Source: Octopus sinensis
Taxonomy: Eukaryota
Assembly: GCF_006345805.1 (NCBI RefSeq)
Contig: NC_043003.1
Span: forward strand, 44,764,001 to 44,828,000
Length of the DNA stretch: 64,000 nt
Direction of reading: 5' to 3'
Positions 1-13,389 of this stretch are shown here, piece after piece (within the stretch, counting starts at the first letter, position 1; every line of letters begins with the position of its first letter). The notes beneath the pieces are model-generated. The model was not told the origin of the DNA and ran no database searches. It saw only the letters and a list, made by a program, of their open reading frames with translations. Made by a program: the position numbers and the translations under genes.

Positions 1-2289
1 GCCGCGAGGCCACTAAGTGTACAGGCAAGGAAGTGAGTGTAATGGTGAAAAAATAGTCTGAGGTGGAAGAAAGGAGTTCTATGGTTCACATTTTTTAATG
101 CAATGATAAATATCGTCTTGTTTATCGGTCGCCTGGTTGTTTGTTTACGAATCTGTTCCTTCAAGGCTTGTTCGTAGGTTATCTATTAGTGATTTTATTT
201 CAAATGGATTCTATCTTTCCTTCTTTGTCTGCAACCCGAGATAGTTGATTATTGTGGAAGTATATATCTGATGATCGTACTTTTCTGGTTTTGATATCAA
301 TGGAGTCCATTTCCTATATCTCTTATTTAATGCCCGATATGCTAGCACCAGTATTAGTGTTTTAAATAGCATGCCGTATTATCATTTCTTACCTTATCTT
401 TTTGTATGTATTTCCTTAATGACAACCGGTACATTTGAAATGACTGAGTTTACTTAAACCAGCGCAATGACTTTGCGCGTCTTAGTCCAACAAAAAATAT
501 CGGTCGCTCACTTAGTACAACATTTTCTTGCTTCTTCGTGCTTTACTCATTTCTGATTGCGATTCTCTGGCATCATTGCAAATTTCCAATCTTTATTTGT
601 AACGACATTTATATTTATATCTTGGATATCTGATGGAAAAGGTGATATTTTTAATAACAAGAAGACAATATAGATAGAAAATCATATTTTTATCCTATTT
701 TGTTATTTAATAACTATATGTCTTGTCATATGACAAGAAATGGCTGAAGTAGTAGTGCTGAATGCAAATGTCTTCAAGTGTATTGAATATCTGTTTTCAA
801 GATGCCCCCTGTTTTTTTTATGACAGGTGGGATAACTTTTACCACTTTGTCTTAGGATTTAATATAACAACACAATATTCTGAGTGGTCTTTCCCTTTCA
901 GTTCGGTGAATCAAAGGTCGTGTTGTGTTTCTGTTTTTCATAGAGGTAAATATCTAGTGCGTATAGATATATTACACAGTCAGTAATTTGAAGCAGGTGA
1001 CACAATTCATTTACATTTTAATCAAACTTATTCAAACGAACAGGCATTTATGTTGTTCCTTATTTTCATTTGTTCTTTCAAGATATTAATTTTGTCTAAT
1101 TTTGCATGCTTTCCACAAGTAATATTTAACAGAAATTTTTCAGTGTTTATTTTAAGAGGATTTGATTTAATTCTTTGTTTTCTTCTACCGTTTAACTTTT
1201 TTTTTCTATTCCCTCTGTTTGATTATTAACAAACAACATTTGCAGAACACTTTTTAGTGACTCTGTTTCATTTATTGAAATGTTTGTTTGTTTCATTTAT
1301 TGAAATGTTTGTTCGTTTCATTTATTACACTTACATATCCTTTGTTGTACATTTACCTTCCGCTTCACATTTCTTGATGCATTTCTCAGGTTGTTTAAGT
1401 GTCAAGTGGACTGCATATATAAAACTAAATAATTCTAGTCATCTGCTTCAAAGAATATTGTCCCAAAAACTATCCTTTTGAAACTACTACAAGCATTTAA
1501 GTTTAACTATACACTTTGACAAATTTATTCACATGCAATGACGTAAACCGGAAAAAAAATATATGAATATTTGTGTTATACTTGTATGCGTACCTTTCCA
1601 TATATATTTATCTCCCCTACCTTCCTAAATACTCATCGTATATTCCTCACCAATGTTATGATTGTGTCTATCCGTATCAGCTCAACATCCTTCAACACTC
1701 CAAGCAATCTATATTATTCAACCGCATTTATTGATGCGACCACGTTATTATCTGGAAGGAAGATTTCACCTCACTTGTTTTACCACAATAACCTGTATCA
1801 CGAATCCTCGGAAATATATTTAATAGTTTACATGAAAGAATAAACATTATTTTCACGAGTTGTGTGAGGTTTAGTATTTCTTCTAAGAATTATTGATTCA
1901 TTCCTTGATTTTGTTTGTATTTACATAATATGAATGAAAAGGATCAAATGAATAACAAATGCATTGTGAGCAATGAGTCGCTTTAGAATGGAAACACTTC
2001 TTTTAAGTAACTGTAAATAACTGTTACTTAATTATTTATATATCGCTATTTTCCAAACCCTCATGCTCCCAAATTTGTTGCATTATAGTTTATAGATATT
2101 ATTAAGTATTATAAGCTGTTTGAAGCAGACATTCTACTCCCTGTAGTATTCCTTATCGTTGTGGCCGGTGATATTGTTCTTGTTTGTATATTTGCCTTTG
2201 CTTGCTGCTCTCGATGCTATTATTTACCTCCTCTCATCAAACGCAACTATTCATGAGCACGTTCTAACCGTAAATATCGCTTCAGAAAT

Positions 2290-3110
2290 ATTATCTGAAA
2301 GACTCACAAGGCAAACGTGCACTTACTTCAAAATACAGAAAATCACAGAACCTGAATAATTACGGATACATCCTTACAACCAACAATATAAAACCTTTTT
2401 ATTTCTGTTATTCCGGATAGCAACCATAGTCTTCTTGACAAAAACAAGCTATTTCCAGCAGATGAGAAGAATTGACAGCGCACGCAACGGCCAATGCCTT
2501 ACTATAAATCAATACCACGAGACCTCAAACCGAAAAAATATCTCTCAAAACCAGGGATCAGCTACAGGTTATACACTTAAAAGTGAGTTACACCTGTACA
2601 TAGAGGAGAGCTTCCTAATCAATAATGTGCCCAGTACTGGTGATAGTCTTCACTTAGGACTTGAAGACCTAGAAGACTACACTGAAACTTTCCCTTAATA
2701 ATAGATGATTGACATCGACACCAATAAACATAAGAAGCCGTATCGTGCGGAAGAACGCCCTAAAACGACTTCTCTCACGCATTGCACTAGTAATTCTCGC
2801 CAATATGATGAACAAGAGGAGCAACAAATAAGAAATAGTATCACCTTTACTACATTTGCCCATTTAACTTCTTAAAACGTTTCCGAGAGAAGACATTCAG
2901 TTTTAAGTTATTCACATCATCGTTCAGATTTTCGGCAATGACCTCAGAATGGACTTCGGGATAGATAAGTGCGCTAAATCGGCATTTAAGGGTGGAAATC
3001 ATCACGCGACTGAAAATCAAGGTGACCGTAATGATGACGCTATGATCAAGGAGCAATACCAAAATGCTATATATATAACTACCTGGACTTGAACAAAAGA
3101 TTATATGCAC
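2290..3110 (+). mobile_element. Degraded R4/Dong-clade non-LTR retrotransposon, reverse transcriptase region
   Basis: Broken-frame translations match R4/Dong RT motifs: INIRSRIVRKNALKRLLSRIALVILANMMN (approx. IKRGIFQGDSLSPLLFC), HIIVQIFGNDLRMDFGIDKCAKSAFKGG (approx. FSxDIxMxFGLDKCAK) and IKEQYQNAIYNYLDL. Many stops and frameshifts. Confidence 0.75.
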
Positions 3111-3690
3111 TGTACTCGACCGTTATGGAGAAGAACAGTATACTGTACTGAAGGAAAATGGATATGGTTTTCAATTAAACTGAATACAACTAACCGTTAT
3201 ACATTCACACCTTAAGCGCAATTCGTAGTGACTACAGATCCATCATCATTAATTAAAAACCGAATAAAATCAAAAGAAGATAGTATACAATAAGGAAATT
3301 AAGTTCTCAATCACAGAGGAAATATATCACCCGAAAGCAAATATCGACAGGCATGAGATTTGGAGGGATAAAGGGGAGAGGAGGAAGTGGAGGAAGCGGA
3401 CAAAGAGGAACGGTAGTGTAGTTCAAAGCCTTTACGACTTCCTCTTGCAGATTAGATCCGAACTCGTCAAAAACAGAAATCCATCGGAGATAAACACAAT
3501 CAGAGAAACGTGATCAGGAAAGAAGCATGGTATTTCGAGAAATATTTGATTTTCAGAAAACTCACCAGCCAAAATTGAGCCGACATCAATTTACACAAAA
3601 TAGATAAGAGTGTAGCAAAACTGAATAGCTTCAACTGTAAGAAAAGCTATTAATTTATTAATATTATTTTGGGTGTTTGGGGGAAATTTC

Positions 3691-3744
<54 letters not shown>

Positions 3745-3753
3745 TGATGACGT

Positions 3754-3784
<31 letters not shown>

Positions 3785-3785
3785 A
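3691..3785. repeat. (TAA)n/(TGA)n compound microsatellite
   Basis: Directly visible. Confidence 0.98.
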
Positions 3786-3940
3786 ACATCGAAAAATGCA
3801 TTAGGAATGAGAACACAGTTTCGAAATTTCCACAATACACCTGATGAAGGCTGGAGGGTATATCAGCCAAATATCCGTCAAATATAAACAACGTGAATAA
3901 TGTACATAATTCTTCATCGCTTAAATATAGAACTGTATTA
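3786..3940 (+). mobile_element. Short repeat, HHR family H1, internally deleted copy
   Basis: Homologous to 27961-28110 (acatcgaaa...gaacccagtttcgaaatttcc...CTGATGAAGGCTG...CAGCC...aaatatc). Lacks about 34 nt that include GAAA and helix III. Confidence 0.85.
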
Positions 3941-4194
3941 TTAATATTGATGTGAAATCTTTGGCAAAAAGCCAGGATTATCGGAGTAAAAGGGTAAAAA
4001 GTTTGTATCAACTCTATTGTTCAACTGGTACTTATTTTATCTCCATGAACGAATGGAACAAAAAGACGAACCTGGTAGTACTTGAACTTAGAATGGAAAT
4101 CGGAAGAAATGCGGCTATGGATATTTTGCATCGCAGGGGACAGTTCAACCAACTTGCCTCATGAATATCTATATTAAAATCGTATTCAATTTTT

Positions 4195-5670
4195 AACAAA
4201 AGAGTAGTCATTTCCGGAAGGGTTTAAGTCGACTACATCGACCCAATTCTTAACAGGTACTTACTTTATCGATCCCGAATGGATGAAAGGCAAAATCAAC
4301 CTCGATGACATTTGTATTCGGAAGATGATGACAGGTGAACTGCCGCTTAGCGTTTTGCTCCACGTACTACGGGCGTCCACGCGATTCTGCTACCTCACCG
4401 CTTTGATGTCTATGTTAATACTGACTTCAAATTTTGGCGAAAGGCCAACAATTTCAGGAGGTGATAAGTCGATTACATCGGCCCAATACTTACTTTATCA
4501 ACTCCAAATTGATCAAATGCAAAGTTGACCTCGGCGAAATGTGAACTCAGAAAGTGAAGACGGATGAAGTGCCTCTAAGTATTTCGCCCGCCTATAATAA
4601 TACAGCTATTCCGCCACGCCGGGCGAAATGCTTAGCGGAATTTCGTCTGTTGCTACGCTCTAAGTTCAAATTACTTGTTATACCGTAAGGGTCAATAAAA
4701 TAAGTACAATTTGAGCTCTGAGGTGTATGTAATCCACTCATCAAAATTGCTGGGCTTGAGCCAGAATTTGAAAAATATCAATTATACAACTAAAGATGTG
4801 AGCTAGCAGAATCGTTACCGTATTGGACAACAAACACTTAACAGCATTCCTTCCAACTGTGCGTTTGACGTTTAAATGCCGCCGTGGTTGACTTCGTTGC
4901 TTCATCATTACGGAGTCGATAAAATGAGTAGCAGTTGCACACTGTGGTTGATATCTTTGACTTAACCCCTCGTCCAATATGGCTGGTCTTCTACCAAAAT
5001 TTGAAACCGATATTAATGCTTCAACAACTCTATTAATTATAAAAAACAAAAATAATGGTTTTAAATTTTTGCAGAAGGTCAGAAATTTTGGAGTAGAGAT
5101 AGGTCGATCATATTGAGTGAAACCCTCAACTAATACTATTTTATCAATCTCTTAAGGTTTAATGTCAAAGTCGAACTGAGTGAAAATAGAATTCAGAATG
5201 TAAAGACGGACAAAATTCCGTTAAGTATTTTGCCCCAAATACGAACGATTCTGCAAGCTCAGCCCCTGACAATAATAATAAATAATATTGATTTCATATT
5301 TTTTTTCACTCGGCCAGAAATTTCAGAGAAGCGGGTCAGTCTATAACATTGACGTCAGCGCTCAACTTTAACAAACTTTATCAACCCAGAAGTGATGAAA
5401 TGCAAACCAAACCGAGTAGAAATTTAAACTAAGTACGTAAAAACGAAAAAAGATTTCGCCAATCGTGCTAAAGATTCTGCCAGCTCTACTATAGACACAA
5501 GGCCTGATATGTTGGGGGAGAGGAATAGTCGCTAGTTGTCAACGGGTATTGATTTTATCGACCCCCAAAAGGAAGTAAGTGAAGGGCGACCTCGGTGGAA
5601 TTTGAACTTAAAACCTTCAGATGGACGAAATGCCTCTAAGAATTTTACCCGGTGGAGTAGCGTTTCTCTT
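4195..5670. mobile_element. Cluster of about 6-7 degenerate tRNA-derived SINE copies (family A), both orientations
   Basis: Repeated diverged matches to the family core gactttgcctttcatcctttcggggtcgataaattaagtaccag and head gagctggcagaatcgttagc (best copies at 19594 and 39657). Confidence 0.75.
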
Positions 5671-6480
5671 AGAACACCTATTAACAGTTCTATTAAATAA
5701 TATTAATGATAAAATTAACTTGTTCATGTGTTACGGAAGCCTGATACATTGACGATATTGCAAAACTTGTAATGTATATTCCATAACATGTGAGATAATA
5801 TGTAAGTTTGGCATCGAATAAAAGAATAAGGACAATGAAAACAATGATGAAAACGAAAAACAATTTTTGTTGTTTATTTAACTGAATAATTTCCAATATG
5901 TCACGAAATTCTTACTATCATATTTAGTTGTGTAGTTACTTCCAAATTCTTGATATGCTTAGATGCATATCAGAAACCCCAATGATTTCCAATATGTTAG
6001 TTTAAAATTTGTTTTTTCTTATTTTTAACCTATTCATGTGTATATTTCATTCTAAAATTTACATCGATTTTAGACTATTACCTAATGAACTGTTATTTCA
6101 GTACAAAAAAAAACATAATATTTTTGAATTACGTTTGTGTAGAACAACGACATTTGAAATCTTTTTCCTCCGGTACTATATTGCTTGCATATAGTACATT
6201 ATAAACTGCAAACTACGGTAAGTTTATTTCAGGCATATATATATACAAACATTCATACATACGCTTATATGTGGATATATATGTACGTACATTAATTTGC
6301 GTTGCAATATTTCTGACGTGAAGTCATGTAAACAGATATTGTTATATTTCGGAATAGTGGTTTTTTTTTTTGTTTTTGTTTTTTTTTTCAGACGGCAGTG
6401 CATCAGCATGGCCGCAGCTCTGAGCTCAAACTAGAGAGAAAAAAACATGTACTGTATAATCGTTCTTCTTTCGTGTATTT

Positions 6481-6690
6481 CTCTTCTTATTTTAACTCAT
6501 GTCCATTGTCCGGAAATATTTCGTCACACATCTGTGCCTCCCTCAGTGACACGTTCCGACTTCTTGTGCGTTCTTGCTCTGCTTATTTCTGTCTCAAGAT
6601 CACACGCGAAGACGGAAACTGTCGCTGATGAATTCACAGGTGGGTGTTGGAATATTTCCGGACAACAGACATGAGTTAGAATAAGAACAG
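6481..6690. repeat. About 200 bp imperfect palindrome with a degenerate HHR-like motif in each arm
   Basis: cttattttaactcatgtccattgtccggaaatatt (6486-6520) pairs with aatatttccggacaacagacatgagttagaataag (6651-6685). Similarity continues inward almost to the centre. Confidence 0.85.
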
Positions 6691-7009
6691 TAATAAATGA
6701 GTAAAAATCGAATATATAGTGAGTCCATACAGCTGAGAATTGGTCCATGCTACTGGGAATTAGTTTCTGTAACTAAAGTATCGCGTCAATTAACTTTCTC
6801 ATTGTATTGATATAAGAAGTTATATCAGTGGATAAAAATAGAAATTGATTACGATCGACTTGACCAGTTACACTCAGAATTGTATCAAGACAGTTGTCTT
6901 TCAAATGGGAATCGCAAGTAATTATTATTATTATCATTGTCGGGGGAAATGGAAAAAAAGTAAACAGAAAAGAAAGAGGAAAGAAAGAAAGAAAATTGAC
7001 AACAGCAAC

Positions 7010-7860
7010 AGATCATGATGAAACGATGGCAATAACAGCTCTTTCATAAGAAATACTGGGCTAAACTAAAAGCAAAGGAAGTAGACAAAGCAAAATCCCA
7101 GGAATAGCTGAAAAATTCAGGACTCAAAGCAGAGACTGAATGATTTTTAATTGCAGCACAAGACGAAAGCCTCTTCACCACAAATGATCAAAAACATATA
7201 ATGTAAAGAAACATAACAAGTAGCTGCAGAGTATGTGGAGATGAACATGAAACAATAAATCATATTGTCTCTGGCTGCGCAGCCCTGGTTAGACACGACA
7301 GAGTTGGGATCTATAAACACTGGAAGCCACGCCAACACTATGGAATAACAACAGAAATAAGAAGGTGTATGCACACACCAGAAAAGGTCACAGAAAAACA
7401 GAAGGCAGCAATAATATGGAATATGCTTATAAACAGATAGAGAAATCGAGGCCGATGGGCCAGATATAGCTGTCACGGATGACGAAGATAAAAATGGTTT
7501 CTAATTGTTGTATCAATCCCAATAGATGACAACGTTTCTTTAAAAGAAATGGAGAAACTTTCATAATACAAAGACTTGGAAACAGAGGTAATTCGAATGT
7601 AGAGTCTAAAAGCAGAAACAATTCCTATCATAGTGGGCGCATTAAGTATCTTCTTTTCTTCAGACGAATACATAACAAAAAACACCAGGACTAACAAAAT
7701 AGCACTACTAGGCACTGCAAACATCCTACATAAAACACTTTCAATACAGTAACCATAAGAGCATCACAGCATACATACATACACTACATACCCAAGGCAG
7801 ACAGAGCCGCGCTTGGTAGTGCAGTGAAAGCTCGTTATAAAAATAAGAACACTGAATATT
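7010..7860 (+). mobile_element. 5'-truncated R4/Dong-type LINE: CCHC knuckle, restriction-like endonuclease and 3' UTR
   Basis: CRVCGDEHETINHIVSGC..RHDRVG; TDREIEADGPDIAV..D; VSIPIDDNVSLKEMEKLS*YKDLETEV..IPIIVGAL; IALLGTANILHKTLSIQ*. Ends directly in (TAA)n. Confidence 0.92.
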
Positions 7861-8056
<196 letters not shown>

Positions 8057-8399
8057 AAAATGCTTTCTAATTGATGTATCAATACCGGCAGATGACAACG
8101 TGTCTCTAAAAGAAATGGAGAAACTTTCAAAATACAAAGATCTGGAAATGGAGGTAACCAGAATGTGGAATCTAAAAACAGAAACAATTCCTATCATATA
8201 GGTGCATAAGGCATGATAAAAAAATATTCAGACAAATACGTAACAAAAACACCAGGACTTACAAACACATATAACATCCTACGCAGAACACTTTCCATAC
8301 AATAACCATCAGAGCATCACAACAAATCACAGCACATATCCAAGGCACACAGAGCTGCGCTCGGTAGTGAAGTGAAAGCACGCTATAAAAATAAAACTA

Positions 8400-8403
<4 letters not shown>
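8057..8403 (+). mobile_element. Second, shorter 5'-truncated copy of the same Dong-type LINE
   Basis: KCFLIDVSIPADDNVSLKEMEKLSKYKDLEMEVTRMWNLKTETIPII. Clearly homologous to 7495-7860. Flanked by (TAA)n on both sides. Confidence 0.92.
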
Positions 8404-8470
<67 letters not shown>

Positions 8471-8474
8471 CGTT

Positions 8475-9013
8475 AATCCAGTACCAGTCTGTGGGCCTCA
8501 TGGCTTCTTCTTTTAACTGATTGGAAGTAATATCATGTACATGTTTTGTCTTGGAATAAGAGAATGTCTGCAAATGTTCTCCTCAATACCAGACTTGCTT
8601 GTCAGTTGTTTGACATTAATCAGTTGAGCATGTCCCTTGGTGTCAGATAATATTTGCATTTCTGAACACGAAGTAGTGGGAAATTATTATAGCCGTGTGT
8701 TGAGAGGAATTATTTGTGGTTTCAATAAATCACCTCTGGAAGCGGGAGAGTTTTGGTCTTCATTTTTAAACAACCCCGTTCAGGGACCATTTGAGCAGAA
8801 CGGGCTACTCGACACGTAGAAAGTTGTAACTGGGCCGCACCTGGAAAGTAATGTGCTGTTTATCTTGATATGAGACCTCCGTATAACGCACATATGGTTG
8901 CGATGCATGTGCCTGGTGTACACGTATTAGAAATGTAGTTATCATGCGCATATTGAGCTTCGTATATTTGTATTTCACCGTCACTTTGTTAATATACATT
9001 GCTCTCTCACTCA
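8475..9013. mobile_element. About 500 bp non-coding interspersed repeat, diverged copy
   Basis: Reverse-complement homolog of 39904-40372 (for example gtcagttgtttgac, cagggaccatttgagc, gctgtttatcttgatatgaga, ctctctcactc). Confidence 0.9.
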
Positions 9014-9071
9014 ACAACAGCAACAACAACAAAATTATCAGGAACCACAATAACACTAATGACGACGACGT

Positions 9072-9109
<38 letters not shown>

Positions 9110-9372
9110 GGGTTGAAAAGAGGGATAGTCAAATGTTTTTGTTTTTTAATCGTGTTTGGCGAGTTGGGAGCTGACAGAAGCGTTAACACGTCCGACAAAG
9201 GACTTAGCGCATTTCTTGCATCTTTGCGCTCCGAGTTCACATTTGTCCGATACCCATCATGCCAGATACCCAACAAGCTGGTACCCAATAAAAGAACACA
9301 AACGCTACACGCACCTCGACAGTTTGGGGTTGTAGCAGGTGATGCAGTAGAAATTTGCCTGAAACTAATCAA

Positions 9373-9374
<2 letters not shown>

Positions 9375-9441
<67 letters not shown>

Positions 9442-9500
9442 TTAATAATAATAATATTAATAATAATAATAATAATAATGACGATGACGGTGATGATATA
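9375..9500. repeat. (TAA)n microsatellite
   Basis: Directly visible. Confidence 0.97.
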
Positions 9501-10719
9501 TGACTGACATATGCTGTTATCTTTATCAATATTTCCAGCTCAATCACACGAAAAAAACATTAGAGTTATACTTTTTCCAATGTTTTTATGGTTATTGATT
9601 TGTTCCATTGCTACATAGAGTCTAATTTATAGATGCAGCATATATCTTTTTAGTGACCACCGAATTTATTTAGACGTGTAACGGAATAGAATCATCTTCG
9701 AAATAGAACATAAATGGTATGACGCCGTTGTGTTAAACTAACATCTAAGTTCAATATACTATTCAAGTTTTATTTCAAAACCTATACATATATATACAAA
9801 AGCAATTTTAAATGAATCGCATTCGAGTATCGAAACTAATGCATTTGTGACACCATTTGTGTTAAGGTAATTCGAAATACTACTGAAAGATATCAGGTCT
9901 AATAGTAAGCTCGTATTAAGTCGCTCGTCAATGTAGAAAAAGCGGCCTTGTCTATCTTATGGAAAGAAACTTCGAGTACCTAAATAAGTACATAGTGCAT
10001 GATATTAACCTAGATATACTTCTGAAAAAAGAAATGAGAGGACATACTTGCAAAGAGAACGTTTTGTTTGCAGTTGAGATATTACATGGAAATAGCTAGC
10101 AGTGTAGTATATCAAACATATATGCAGTAACGAGATGTATACTTTTTAAATTTAGCATATTTTCCTAAACATGCTGAAAATACAAAATAATGGAGCTCGG
10201 CGGGTAACATTCTAGTAGGGAATTAACAAGGTCATCAGATATCTTTCGCTTTTTCAAAGATGTATTCCCTGTTGTCTCTCGCTAAGCGAAAAATATTTCC
10301 ACTTCAATATATGGCGAAGAGTGAAATATATATTTACTTGTATAACGGAAAGTACGCAGTGGTGAAATAAAAAGATAGAAAAACATTAAATTAAAAAGCT
10401 ATCTTACCTAACGTATATAGATATTTCAAAGATTCTCTATATATAACTACAAGCAACTGATGAGGCGACGCCGGCCGAAATACATAGGTGTTAATGGCAC
10501 CTGGTTTATGTTCGCCAAGTTCGGATATACGTTGCATTTTCCACACAAAATTTTCTCGGAGCAGAATCAGAGCATCTTGTATTCCATAGTGTATCTTCGT
10601 TAGATACGATGTGTAAAATTCAAAGTGTTGATTACAGTAAGTGTATTAGGGTTAATTATAACATTTCTCAGACTAAACAATAACAACGACACTTAGAAAG
10701 TATTGATGTTAATTTATTC

Positions 10720-10925
10720 AACTTTTGGTACAAGGCCAGTAATTTCGGGAGAGGAGAGTAGTAGATTATATAGATCACAGTACGCTACTGATACTTATTT
10801 CAACGATTCTAAGGGAATGAATGGCAAAGTCAACTTCTGCTGGATTTGAACAAAGAATGTAAAGACGGATGAAATGCCTTTAAGCATATTGTCCGGCGTG
10901 CTAACAATTCTGCCAGACAACTGCC
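10720..10925 (-). mobile_element. Degenerate SINE family A copy
   Basis: Reverse match to the family A head and core (tacttattt..gatgaatggcaaagtcaac..tttgaac..gtaaagacggatgaaatgc..ctaacaattctgccag). Confidence 0.75.
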
Positions 10926-11052
10926 ATGCATGAAGTTTATATACTAAATATAAGTAGATGTAGAAATCTGTGTTTTTGACTTCTAAATTTAAATGAAAAA
11001 ATAATGTCTAAAGTACGTATATATATATATACATACATACATATCTATATAT

Positions 11053-11167
11053 AGGCGCAGGAGCGGCTGTGTGGTAATTAGCTTGCTTACCAACTATATG
11101 GTTCCGGGTTCGGTCCGACTGCATGACACCTTGGGCAAGTGTCTTCTACTATATCCTCTGACCAACC
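11053..11167 (+). mobile_element. tRNA-derived SINE family B, 5' part
   Basis: A-box/B-box-like head (ggctgtgtggtaa...ggttcggtcc) followed by caccttgggcaagtgtcttctactata. Homologous to the minus-strand copy at 42960-43100. Confidence 0.8.
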
Positions 11168-12355
11168 ACTCACTTGAAACAATATAGGAAGTTTATCCTC
11201 TGAAATTACCTCTGCCCTTCCTCCCACTCTTAACACAAATACCCTGAAAGTGTTGCTAGTCCAAAACTTTGTTGTGCAAAACAGGATAACTTATTAGTGT
11301 GATAATGATCTATCCTGGGCATATGATTGCAATGTGCAAAAAAATCTGTAACACCGTTTCATCATTTGTTAATACGGTACATATGTGGTGCATTTGGTAC
11401 TTCAAATAGTCTAAAATTTGTAGTAATAAAGTAAATGCAAATTTCAGTTGTATTTCCTTGGTTGATTCAGGGTATTCCTTCAGAGAAACCCATTCTGTTA
11501 TTTGTTGCGATGACAGGCAGTATAGCACATAATACGATGCATTAAATGAAACTATATCGCGTGACTGTAACACTACATTCTAATATATAAAATGTTATTT
11601 GCATACATTTCCATAAACTAACTGACATTTAGACCTTACATTAGATATTTGAAATTAATTGAGAAATTAATTTATTTATGAAATCAGATTCATTCCAGAA
11701 ATACACATGAAAGGTAGTCAATTATTTTGTTAGCAAGGACAAGGTAATTGTTGTAATGGCTAATGTGTGGCTAACATGATTAGCGGTTTTCTTTCGCAAT
11801 GTTTCCTTCATAATATCACTTATGTCACCAAACTCTATGTAAATATAGGGCTGTAGAGATTTATGTCAGTATTACTAGAGATTGCGAAGAAAATAAAAAC
11901 TCAATCTTAGAGTAAGTTATAGTAATATATACATGTCTGATTCTGTTGAAGTCCAATTTAGCAGGTAATTCAAATATTCAACTGAATAAGCATAAATATA
12001 TTACTTGGATGCTAGAATAACATTTTAAACGCTGTAAGCCAATAGACATAAACATCTGTTAACAATTAATTTTGATAGCTCGATTACTAATATTACATGA
12101 TACTTTCCTTCTTTTTCTCCTCCTCGTCATCATCGTCATCTTCGTCATTCGCGGTGTTGTCCTAAGCAACGTCCTCATCATAAACACTACCGGCATCATC
12201 ATCATCATCATCATCACCAGAAGAAGAAGAGAGAAAAAGTAGTAGTAGTAGAAGTAGTAGTAGTAGTAGTAAAGCTATGCTAAGTGGCGTTTCGCATCTT
12301 TGTACGAGTTCAGATGACGTCGTAGATTCTTAACTTATTATTATTATTATTATTA

Positions 12356-12418
<63 letters not shown>

Positions 12419-13084
12419 GTTACATACAAAATTTAATATATAAAAGTTTATTAAGTTTTCTTGAGATGTCTATTTGTCTGTCCAGCTGGAGAATAGAGTA
12501 TTATTTTTGCAATGAAAGGGATGTTTACATTTTCGAATACTCAAGGAGAAAGGAAAGGATAGGAATTCATAGAAGTTGAAGATATTAAGTTGTTTTTTCA
12601 AGCTGATCTTTCGTATGTTCGAAATCTGTAGGTATGTAAGTTTCTTAAACTATTTTGACGGCGATTTAAAATATTCAGAATAAATTGTCGATATTCCAGT
12701 CTTTGGGAATAGTAGGAGGAATTCAACTTGTTGAATTTTGAATTTCTGAATTTCTTTTTCTTTTTATTGTGGAATTTTCTTTTCTTTTTAAAGGTTTTTG
12801 CAGTGGTTTACAGTTTTTGTAGTTGTGCAGTATGTATATACTGACAGCTGCTTACCTCTATATTTTTTATCGTGCATTTAATTGTGTTATTAAAATAAAA
12901 GGCTTCTTTACAAAATCGGTTGGTCAGGGGAAAATGAAAGATAAAACGTTCACACAAAATAGGAAATATTCAAGTTTCTAAAGACTAGTATTTTTGAAGT
13001 AAAAGGAATGCTTATATTTTCTGAGCCTTCAACTGCTGACAGGTCAGAGCAGTGAAGAACACCCCCAGCCGCTGTCACGTCCAT

Positions 13085-13385
13085 ATTCTTCTTCATCTTC
13101 TTCTTCTTCTTCTTCTTCTTCTCTTCTTCTTCTTCTTCTTCTTCTTCTTCTTCTTCTCTTCTTCTTCTTCTTCTTCTCTTCTTCTTCTTCTTCTCTTCTT
13201 CTTCTTCTCATTATTATTATTATTGTTATTATTATTATTATTATTGTTGTTGTTGTTGTTGTTGTTATTATTATTATTATTATCGTCGTCATCATAATCA
13301 TCTTCACCATCATCATCATCATAATCATTGTTACTATTATTATCATTATCTTCTTTATCACTCACCACCATCATCATCAATATTA
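13085..13385. repeat. Compound (CTT)(TTA)(GTT)(CAT) microsatellite
   Basis: Directly visible. Confidence 0.97.
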
Positions 13386-13389
13386 TTGT

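Noticed and set aside
1-400. Possible Penelope GIY-YIG relic on the minus strand
   Set aside because: No diagnostic motif could be read with confidence.
1265-1326. 25 bp unit repeated 2.5 times, superficially CRISPR-like
   Set aside because: No spacers and a eukaryotic context, so it is a small minisatellite.
10400-10650. About 84-codon ATG-less minus-strand open frame faintly resembling an integrase zinc finger
   Set aside because: Similarity is too weak and no flanking LTR-element motifs are present.
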